Source: Thermoplasmatota archaeon (lineage in GTDB: Archaea > Thermoplasmatota > Thermoplasmata > UBA10834). From it: 64,000 nt of DNA. Below, piece by piece: positions 1 to 8,300 of this stretch; positions within the stretch are counted from its first letter, which is position 1, and each line of letters begins with the position of its first letter. The DNA is taken from NCBI GenBank assembly GCA_040751795.1, contig JBFMHR010000001.1, positions 160,001-224,000 on the forward strand, written 5' to 3'. Under the pieces are notes generated by a model. That model saw only the letters and a program-made list of their open reading frames with translations, did no database searches and was not told the DNA's origin. A program made the translations under genes and the position numbers.

Positions 1-60
1 GTTTCATCTGGACGAAATCCGGGGCGGGGAAGGGCGGATAACAGCGAAATAACGCCTGAC

Positions 61-576
61 TCATGCGCCTTTCTTGAGCCTGACCATGTTGGTCATCCCG
101 TGGCGCTCCCTCTTTATAAGGTCCCGGTCCTCGAGCTTGTCGAGCAGGCGGGTCACCTTGGACTTCGAGAACTCCCCCGAGGATACGAGCTTCATCTGCA
201 GCACCTCGCCCCCGGCGGCTTCTATGATCTCGTAGAGGCGCCTCTCGTCCCCGGTGAGCCGGCTCAGGTCGGGGCCGGCCTCCCCCTCCTCCGGGACGGG
301 CTGCGGCGGGGCCTCGTCCGACGGCGTCTGACCGACGGCCGGGGAGGAGGCGTGGGCGACCGCCCGCTTCAGGAACTCCGCGTACGCGGCCATCGCCAAG
401 GACACGGACAGGCATGCGATGGAGGCCACGAGCACCCCCCAGCCGAGGGGGTCCAGCGAGAACGTCTGCCCGGGGGCGGGGTCCGCGAGGCCCCTGTCGA
501 GCATCAGCACGAGGACGACGGCGGACACGCCCGCGGCCAAGACGCTGGTCCAGACAGCCACAGACGCCTGCTTCAC
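61..576 (-). CDS. Membrane-anchored winged-helix HTH protein (COG2512-like)
   Basis: Two hydrophobic helices, a Pro-rich linker, then a C-terminal wHTH 'LTGDERRLYEIIEAAGGEVLQMKLV..FSKSKVTRLLDKLEDRDLIKRERHGMTNMVRL'. Start set at GTG 576 because the longer ORF overlaps the next gene in antisense. Confidence 0.75.
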   Translation of the reverse strand: MKQASVAVWTSVLAAGVSAVVLVLMLDRGLADPAPGQTFSLDPLGWGVLVASIACLSVSLAMAAYAEFLKRAVAHASSPAVGQTPSDEAPPQPVPEEGEAGPDLSRLTGDERRLYEIIEAAGGEVLQMKLVSSGEFSKSKVTRLLDKLEDRDLIKRERHGMTNMVRLKKGA

Positions 577-691
577 GGGTGCATGAATCCCGTCATCGGT
601 AGATATAATGTCGCAGCCCGGGACTGGCGGATATGGCAAGTATTTTAGAGGGCGGCCGTCATGATGCACCTCGGCACAGGAGGACCGGGCA

Positions 692-1441
692 TTGGCCGGG
701 GAGGAGAGGGCGCTACACAGCGTCATGATCGTCTCGACAGCCGTATTCATAGTGATGGTGATGCTCCTCTTCGCCGTCCTCGCTTCCCCGTCGCTCTCCC
801 CCATCGCCTCGATTGGCGACTGGGACGGCGACGGGCGCACGAACGACTCGGACCTGTTCCCGAGGGACAGGGCGGAGTGGACCGACTCCGACGACGACGG
901 GGTGGGGGACAACGCCGACGCCTTCCCCGACGACGAGGACGAGACGAGCGACTCGGACGGCGATGGCGTGGGGGACAACGCGGACTTCTTCGACGGGGGC
1001 GACGCCGCGATGAGGTTGGCCCTCGACGGGTTCGAGTTCCTGGGGTACGAGGAGAACTACGTCAGGACGAGGTACTACCCGAACGCCTGGTTCAAGGTCT
1101 ACGTCGACCTCGACGGGGACGGCGGATACGACCTCGTCGAGGAGAGCGGGATATTCAACGCGACCAGGTCCCTCAGCGACTTCTTCTCCTGCACGGTGGA
1201 CGTGGCCGACGACGACCCGTCCGTCAGGTTCAATGTCAGGGCGTACGACGTCTGGGAGGTCAGCGCCAACAACGTGACCGACTACGAGACGATGGACTAC
1301 TGGCCCGTCTCGGAGGTGCTCTGGGAGGACCACACGGTCGTCCTGCCCCTCGACGACACCTGGTGGTCCGACGGGAACGGCGACGACGACACCCCGGACT
1401 GCTACCTCAAGTACACCGTCGAGACGGTCGCCCTGGACTGA
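692..1441 (+). CDS. Membrane-anchored/secreted Asp-rich protein with thrombospondin type-3-like Ca-binding repeats
   Basis: N-terminal hydrophobic helix followed by DxDGDGxGDNADxFPxD repeats. The true start may be ATG 725. Confidence 0.7.
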   Translation: MAGEERALHSVMIVSTAVFIVMVMLLFAVLASPSLSPIASIGDWDGDGRTNDSDLFPRDRAEWTDSDDDGVGDNADAFPDDEDETSDSDGDGVGDNADFFDGGDAAMRLALDGFEFLGYEENYVRTRYYPNAWFKVYVDLDGDGGYDLVEESGIFNATRSLSDFFSCTVDVADDDPSVRFNVRAYDVWEVSANNVTDYETMDYWPVSEVLWEDHTVVLPLDDTWWSDGNGDDDTPDCYLKYTVETVALD

Positions 1442-1449
1442 GCCCCGGG

Positions 1450-4266
1450 TCAGCCGACCCTTCTCCGCGCCGACGACCGAGCGGCAAGCACGATGATGAG
1501 CATGGCGGCGACCGGCACGAGCATGGCCGGGAACTCCGGGATCGCCTGGCCCCCGATGTAGACCGCGACGGAGGCCGTGGACGAGAGGCCCGCGCCGTCC
1601 ATGACCTCCACCGAGGCATCGAAGAGGCCCGGTGCCCCGTACGTGTGCTCGGCCGTCGCGTCGGGCGACCAGTCCGTGTCCCAGACCCCGTCGCCCGTCC
1701 AGTCCCACCTGAAGAGCAGCGATGGGGCCGGGGTCTCCGCGTCCGATGAGCCCGATGCGTCGAAGGCGACCGGGCCTCCCGCGAGCGCGGCGCTCTCGTC
1801 GGCCTCGATGGACGCGGCGGGCGGGGAGTTCACGAACACCTCGGAGGAGTATTCGTCCCAGTCCGGGTCCAGGTGCTCGTCATCGTCCGTGGCCACCACA
1901 GTCACTGGATAGGCCGTGTCGGAGCCGAGGGCGTAGACATGGACGAACTCGAAGGACGCCGCATCGCCCGGTCCCACAAGGTCCTGGCTCAGCGTGCTCA
2001 TCGGCGACCCGTCTCCGAAGTCGCACTCGACCGTCAGCAGCCCGCCCTCCGCGTCGACCACCTCCACGACGAGGGTCGCCTCGCTGCCTGGCATGATGTA
2101 GTCTCCCTCCGGGGAGACTGTCACAGACGTTATGGAGGGCACCTCGTAGGGGTCGAGCGGGTACACGATGACCTGGGCGGAGTCGCTCACGTTGTTGCCG
2201 TGGTCGTCGACCGCGTATGCCACCAGGGTGTACTCGCCCCCCTCGGTGAACATGTGGATGGCGCCGAAGCCGTCCTCCGAGGTGGACAGAGACCACGGGG
2301 ACCCGTCCCCCCAGTCGTACCAGACCACCACCTCCGACTCCGCGGGGTATTCGAGCGACGACGGGGCGAAGTACGTCTCCGAGTTGAGCAACGCGTAATA
2401 GGTGTCCTCCAGGCTGATCGTGGGTGGGTCCACGGCATACGGCGTCACGGCGAGGGAGTCGACCCATCCCGCATCCTCCATGGCGCTCGACGAACCGTCC
2501 TTCGCATATTCCCATGCGACGTCGTGGACCCCCACGGCCAGGTGGGCCTCGACGCTCGTCCAGCCGACGTCGCCGCTGACCGCCTCCACGACCGACCCAT
2601 CGACGATGAGGCTCAGGACGTCCCCGCCGGACTGGGAGGAGACCATCCAATCGAATGTGACGTCCGCGGGGCCCTCGACCCGCGTCCCGAGCCGGGAGCG
2701 CCCGCCGTCTGAGACGTCCCCGGTCTGCATCGAGTCGCCGTCGCCCGAGGAATGGTGGTCCACCGGGACCCACGTGGCCTGGCCCGATGACGACCAAGCG
2801 AGCGAGGCGGCCTCGAGGGCGTCGCCGGTGGCCATCGGAGCGTAGTAGTCGAGGTAGGCGCTCACGGTGGCCGGAGTGTCCGCAGGTACGTCGGCCGACT
2901 GCCCTGAGGCCTGTGACGCGGACCCGGGTATGAATGTCGGCTCGTATGCCTCCACCCTCAGGGAGGACACGACACCGTCCTCCATCGAGTCACCCACCAT
3001 GAGGTGCATACCCCCCGACGACCAGAAGACCGCCGCATGCTCGGTCATGTCGAGGCACATGAACGTCGGGAAGCCCTCCTTCGAGTGGAAGCCGCCATCG
3101 AAGAAGGGCGACTTTGCGTTCAGCGGGTCGGGCGTGGAGCCCACGCTGACCGTGATCGATGAGCTCCTCGATGGCGCGGCGTCGAAGTGCCACACGGCCA
3201 TGAGGGACGGGTCGTAGTCCGGGATGTCGACTATGAAGTTCGCGGTCAGCACCCCCGACGACCCGAGCTCCTCGAGCGCCGCGTATGTGAACCAGTAGTA
3301 TCCGGAGTCACCCCAGCCGTCGCCCCACGAGTTCACGACCCTGAACGCCCCGGCGTCCGAGTCGTCCGTGAGGGAGTCGTCGAAGCCCACGACGGTCTGG
3401 GCGTGGTTGAGGTCCAGTGAGGAGTACTCTGCGGACGAGAGGATGTAGTTGCCGTCGCTGAAGCCGGGCACGAACTCGTTCGCGTCCATGGCGAACGACA
3501 CAGGGGTGCCTGCCGCCACGAGCGCCTTGATCGCGCCGACGGTCGTCGAGGCGCTGTACTCCAGGTAGCCCGCCTCCGCCGCCCTGTGCAGCGGCGCCTC
3601 CCTGAAGGCCTCCGGCGACCCCCAGCTGGTGAAGTCGCCGTCGTCGTAGGGCATGGCCGCCAGGGTGGGCACGCCCCAGTCACGAATGACGAACATGTTG
3701 GTGTCCATCCAGGAGCCCTTCTCCATCCCGCCGTTCACCATGTTGTACGTCCATGCAGGGGAGAGCAGCTGCGACGCGTTGCCGGCGGATGCCTCGGTCC
3801 AGGCGCTGTCGACGGCCTCCATGTATCCGTAGGAGTAGTATGTCGCGGCCCAAGCGGCGCATGAGCCCTGGGCTCCCTGGTCGCCGACGGCAGGGAACTC
3901 CGGGTCCGAGGAGAGGTCGAACGAACCCGGGAGGTCCTCGGCGAGCGCCTCCACCTCGAACATGGCCAGGTTGCCCACGAGGATCTGCCATTCATCCGCC
4001 GTGCGTGGCGCGAGGCCCGTGCCGAACCCGTCGACCACGACCGGCTCGTAGCGGTCTCCCTGCGCCCTCACCCCGAGATGCAGCATCATGCCCTCCACAT
4101 CCTCGGCGGTGGCCAAGTGGGAGGTCATGGCGAGGGATGTGGCGGGGAAGCCATCTGACGGGGGCTCCGGCGCCCCGGCCGGCGATGCCGCGGCCGCCCC
4201 GTAGGCGAGCGCGGCCGAGAACAGAAGTACGAGTATCCCTAAGGCGGTCCCCCTCTCGAAAGACAA
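1450..4266 (-). CDS. Secreted C1A (papain-family) cysteine protease with PKD domains and C-terminal PEF-CTERM sorting signal
   Basis: Signal peptide; catalytic motifs QGAQGSCAAW (Cys), LNHAQTVVG (His), VVNSWGDGWG (Asn); PKD motifs YDWGDGS, CDFGDGS, RWDWTGDG; ends IPEF-hydrophobic helix-RRR. Confidence 0.88.
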   Translation of the reverse strand: MSFERGTALGILVLLFSAALAYGAAAASPAGAPEPPSDGFPATSLAMTSHLATAEDVEGMMLHLGVRAQGDRYEPVVVDGFGTGLAPRTADEWQILVGNLAMFEVEALAEDLPGSFDLSSDPEFPAVGDQGAQGSCAAWAATYYSYGYMEAVDSAWTEASAGNASQLLSPAWTYNMVNGGMEKGSWMDTNMFVIRDWGVPTLAAMPYDDGDFTSWGSPEAFREAPLHRAAEAGYLEYSASTTVGAIKALVAAGTPVSFAMDANEFVPGFSDGNYILSSAEYSSLDLNHAQTVVGFDDSLTDDSDAGAFRVVNSWGDGWGDSGYYWFTYAALEELGSSGVLTANFIVDIPDYDPSLMAVWHFDAAPSRSSSITVSVGSTPDPLNAKSPFFDGGFHSKEGFPTFMCLDMTEHAAVFWSSGGMHLMVGDSMEDGVVSSLRVEAYEPTFIPGSASQASGQSADVPADTPATVSAYLDYYAPMATGDALEAASLAWSSSGQATWVPVDHHSSGDGDSMQTGDVSDGGRSRLGTRVEGPADVTFDWMVSSQSGGDVLSLIVDGSVVEAVSGDVGWTSVEAHLAVGVHDVAWEYAKDGSSSAMEDAGWVDSLAVTPYAVDPPTISLEDTYYALLNSETYFAPSSLEYPAESEVVVWYDWGDGSPWSLSTSEDGFGAIHMFTEGGEYTLVAYAVDDHGNNVSDSAQVIVYPLDPYEVPSITSVTVSPEGDYIMPGSEATLVVEVVDAEGGLLTVECDFGDGSPMSTLSQDLVGPGDAASFEFVHVYALGSDTAYPVTVVATDDDEHLDPDWDEYSSEVFVNSPPAASIEADESAALAGGPVAFDASGSSDAETPAPSLLFRWDWTGDGVWDTDWSPDATAEHTYGAPGLFDASVEVMDGAGLSSTASVAVYIGGQAIPEFPAMLVPVAAMLIIVLAARSSARRRVG

Positions 4267-4377
4267 TGTGCCACCTAGCTCTCGTCGACGCTACTGGCGC
4301 GGACCGATATCTAGTTTGCGCATCACGGGGGCAGGGGACAAACGTATTAATCGGGGAAGCCATTTCCTCAGAAGCAG

Positions 4378-4490
4378 GCAGGTGTAATCTAGTCTGGTTA
4401 GGATTTTGGCCTTCCAACTCATCCAAGAAGGAAAACAAAATTGGAGAGGGACGAAAGCCAACGGCCCGGGTTCGAATCCCGGCACCTGCA
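4378..4490 (+). tRNA. tRNA-Gly(TCC) with 39-nt intron at canonical 37/38 position (intron ~4417-4455)
   Basis: Acceptor stem GCAGGTG/CACCTGC-A, anticodon stem TTGGC/GCCAA around CT-TCC-A, T-arm CCGGG-TTCGAAT-CCCGG. The intron contains a TCCAA/TTGGA helix. Confidence 0.9.
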
Positions 4491-4557
4491 CTTCCGGTCC
4501 CAATGGGTTTGATGCCTGGTCATGTCCGCGCATTCGTGCGCATCAAGACCCGATACC

Positions 4558-4758
4558 TCACTCATCTTCTCCATACGCGGGGTGGTAGCGCGCGAGGGCG
4601 ACAGTCTCGTCGAACTGCCTGGCCTCCGCCAGCGCCAACTGCGGCACGAAGCAGTGGGGGTGGAACTCGGTCATTCTCTTGTGGTCGAATGTCTCGAAGT
4701 CGTCTTCGGACACGATCGTCGTCTGCTTCTGTCTCCTCGTCTTGAACATCTTGCTCAC
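4558..4758 (-). CDS. Small hypothetical protein
   Basis: 66-aa ORF directly after, and in the same frame as, ORF 4759-4992; no recognisable motif. Confidence 0.35.
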   Translation of the reverse strand: MSKMFKTRRQKQTTIVSEDDFETFDHKRMTEFHPHCFVPQLALAEARQFDETVALARYHPAYGEDE

Positions 4759-4992
4759 CTATCCAGCGATTTCTGCTCTCTCACACATCTCAGGAACTGG
4801 CTCCCAAACGTGGTGCAGGCTCTGGTCGATCTCTTTCAGGTCATCCAGGAGTTCGACGATGTCGTTGACATCTTGCCCGAGGCCGGACATCTCGTTCGCG
4901 AGGTCCTCTAGGTCTCTGAGCGTGTGGGTCCGAACCCATTCAATCGCCTGGACGTTCCTTGCCGCCGCCTGTGCCGCGTTCCCGCGTCTCAT
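4759..4992 (-). CDS. Small hypothetical acidic helical protein
   Basis: 77-aa ORF with amphipathic pattern LRDLEDLANEMSGLGQDVNDIVELLDDLKEI; AT-rich sequence upstream. Confidence 0.45.
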   Translation of the reverse strand: MRRGNAAQAAARNVQAIEWVRTHTLRDLEDLANEMSGLGQDVNDIVELLDDLKEIDQSLHHVWEPVPEMCERAEIAG

Positions 4993-5318
4993 TGCATCCC
5001 ATCCTAAGGGTTTTGTCTGACATTTCGTCAGCTGATTCCCCGTATAACGCTTCGACCTATTTAATCATTGTTCAAATGTCGTAGGTGTGCCCGAGTTTCG
5101 TCTGACCGAGAACGCGGACGGACGCGAGAAATCTCCAGGAGATTTCTGAATCTGGACATGCCTAGGACCGCATGGACGACGATCGTCCTGACCGGTCACT
5201 CGTCTGACGAGATGCTGTGCATCTCGCACGCTCAGAAGGGGCGGCCCGAGGGCGCAACTGCAAACGCTTTTAACGAAACAAATCATTAAGACGTCTTCAG
5301 CCAGAGGATGGATGCCGA

Positions 5319-8300
5319 TTGGGTCTCCTCGACTCGCTCCTCAGCAAAGAGAAGAAGGTCCTAGCGAAGGCCAGCAAGAACCTTGACAGGGCGGACGCCC
5401 TCGAGAGGAGCGGCTCCAAGCAGCAGGCGGTCGCACTGCTGGACGAGACCAGGGCGATACTCGACGAGGGGATCAAGTACGTCGAGAAGATGCGTGGCGA
5501 CTTCTCATCCGCCTTCGCCAGGCTGGCCTCTGGGTACCTGAGGGTCGATAAGGCCCAGGCCGCCCTTGACGCCGCCCACGTGTCGCTCCAGCAGTTCAAC
5601 CCGAACAACGCGGACGCGATGTCCGCCGCGGGCAGGGCGTCCCTGCGCCTCGGGAAGAACGAGGACGCCATAAACTGGCTCAACAAGGCCGTCACCGCCG
5701 CCCCCAAGTCCTCCGAGCACTGGTCCACCCTCGGGGACGCGCACGAGACCCTGGGGGACATAGAGCCGGCCCTCCAGGCCTATCGGAAGGTCATAGAGAT
5801 CAAGCCGGACAGCCTACGTCACTACGACAAGATACTCGCGCACACGCCCAAGGACGTCCCCATGCTCAAGAAGAAGGCCCAGACGCTGTCCGGGCTGCGC
5901 AGGTACGACGACGCGGCCAGGACCTACGGCGCGGCCCTGAACATCGACCCCGAGGACAAGGAGCTGTGGATCGGGCAGGCGGCCTCCCTCAACTTCGCTG
6001 GGAAGGGGGAGGAGGCCATCGCTTCCCTGGAGAGGGCGCTCAAGCTGTCGCCGGACGACGCGTTCGTCTACGACAACCTCGGCAGGATCCAGCACAAGGT
6101 CGGCCGGCGAGAGGACGCGCTCAAGAGCTTCTCCAAGGCCGCGAGGCTGGACAACGGGAACAAGATCGTGTGGAACGAGCTTGGCGTGGTGCAGGAGGAG
6201 ATGGGGATGCTGGACGAGGCGGTCCAGTCGTTCGACAACGCCCTCGCGCTCGACCCGAAGGACGTCAACGTCCTCAATAACAGGAAGAAGACGCTGCTGA
6301 AGTCCTCGAAGATGGCCGAGGTCATCGAGACCTGCGACCGGATCATACTCCTCAACCCCAAGGACCCGGAGGCGCTCCTGGACAAGGCCCGCGCCCTGTG
6401 GGCCCTCGGGCGCAACGACGAGTGCATGACCTTCATCGAGGCCGCCCTCGCCCTCGCCCCCAAGTCCAAGGACGCGATGAACCTCAAGAAGGACTGCCTC
6501 ATCAGGCTCGGCAGGCACTCCGACGTGGTCGCGTGGTGCAACAAGATCCTCGCCGTAGACCCGGCCGACCTGGACGCCATGCACGACAAGGGCAGGGCGC
6601 AGGTCGCCATCGGCAAGGTCCAGGACGCGGTCAGGACCTACGAGAAGGCCCTGAAGGCGAAGCCGAACCGGCTGGACCTCCTCGACGGGCTGAAGGACGC
6701 GTACAAGCTCCTCGGGAAGGAGGAGGACGTCGTCCGGACCTGCGACCGGATCATCTCCGTCGACAAGGACAACAGGCTCGCGCATCTGGACAAGGCGATG
6801 TCCCTCGACCGGCGGGACAGGTACGACGAGGCGCTGGCCACGTACATGGTCGCGCTCAAGCACGACCCCAAGAACCCCGGGATCTACGTCAGCGCGGCCG
6901 CGATGCTCATGAGGGCGGGGAAGCACAGGGAGGCGCTGGACTACGCGAAGCAGGGGCTGGCCGTGGACCCCGAGAGCGTCCCGCTGTGGAGGCTCAGGGG
7001 AGAGTCCGCCTATTCCGCCAAGGGCTTCGACGCCGCCGCCGACGCATTCAGGAAGTGCACCGAGCTCGACCCGACGGACAAGGCGTCCTTCAAGAGGATG
7101 GGCCAGTCCTTCGTCGAGCTGATGCGCTACGAGCAGGCGCTCGACGCCTACGAGCACGCCCTGAAGCTCGACCCGAGGGACGCGAGCGTCTGGTTCCTCA
7201 AGGCCCTCTCGCTGGAGTGGCTGGAGAGGCTGGAGGACGCCCTCGCAGCCGTCAAGGAGGCGACCCACTGGGACAAGGACGTCCCCGAGTACCAGATGAA
7301 GGAGGGGCTGCTCCTCAACAGGCTGGGCAGGTCGGAGGAGGCGCTCGACGCCTTCAACGCGGCCCTCAGGGGCTCGCCCAGGAACGTCATGATCCTCAAG
7401 TCGAAGAACGATGTGCTGAAGGCCCTCAAGAGGTACGAGGAGGTCGTCGCGACGAGCGACGCGATCCTCGCGGTGGAGAAGAAGGACCGCGACACCCTCG
7501 TCGACAGAGGGAGCGCCTCCCTCTTCCTCAAGAAGCCCAACGACGCCCTCGCCAGCTTCAACAAGGCGCTCGAGCTGAACGCCGACGACCTGGACGTCCT
7601 GGAGCTCAAGAAGAACGCCCTCAAGGAGCTGGACGACCAGGAGGGCGTCGTCTCCGTCTGCGACCACATACTCCAGCTGAGCCCGAAGAACAAGTACGCC
7701 CTCTCCGACTGCGGCGCGGCGCTCGAGAAGCTGGGGCGGGGAGAGGACTCCCTCGACTACTACGAGCGCGCTCTCGCGCTCGACCCTAAGGACGTGTTCC
7801 TCTGGAACCGGAAGGGGCAGGTCCAGCTGAGCCTAGGCAACCCCGCGCAGGCGGCCGAGGCGTTCGACCACGGGATCAAGCTCGACCCCAACCAGCCATT
7901 CGTTCTCAACAACCGCGGCAGGGCGTACCTCGACCTGCGCCGGTTCGACGAGGCCCTCGCCGACTTCAAGAAGGCGCTGGCGATCCTCCCGACCGTCGCG
8001 GAGTTCCACACCAACCAGGGGAGGGCGCTCGCCAGCATGGGCAAGTTCGAGGAGAGCCTCGAGGCGTTCAACGAGGGGCGCAGGATCGCCCCCAAGGACC
8101 ACTCGTCGCTCAAGTACATGGGGATGGCGCTCCTCAAGCTCAACAGGGTCCCCGACGCCATGGGATGCTTCGACGAGGCGATCAGGCTCGGGTCCAACGA
8201 CAGGGACGTCTGGACCGGCAGGGCGAAGGCCGCCGAGGCCCTGGGGAACAAGGAGGAGGCGGTCAGGTCCTATGTCACGGCCCTGGAGATCGACGGCTCC

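Larger units (their letters stand above)
4491..5290. mobile_element. Possible degenerate integrated-element remnant downstream of tRNA-Gly
   Basis: Visibly lower GC than the flanks, only short ORFs of unknown function, palindrome-rich, directly at a tRNA 3' end. No integrase or att repeat was found. Confidence 0.35.

Noticed and set aside
820-1000. DNA-level repeats (gactc.gacg.cga.gg.gtgggggacaacgc)
   Set aside because: Explained by the protein-level thrombospondin type-3-like repeats of the 692-1441 CDS.
5068-5289. 73-aa ORF with CxxC (MFKCRRC)
   Set aside because: TTG start, no second Cys pair, no RBS, and it overlaps the palindrome cluster and the TPR promoter region; not supported as a gene.
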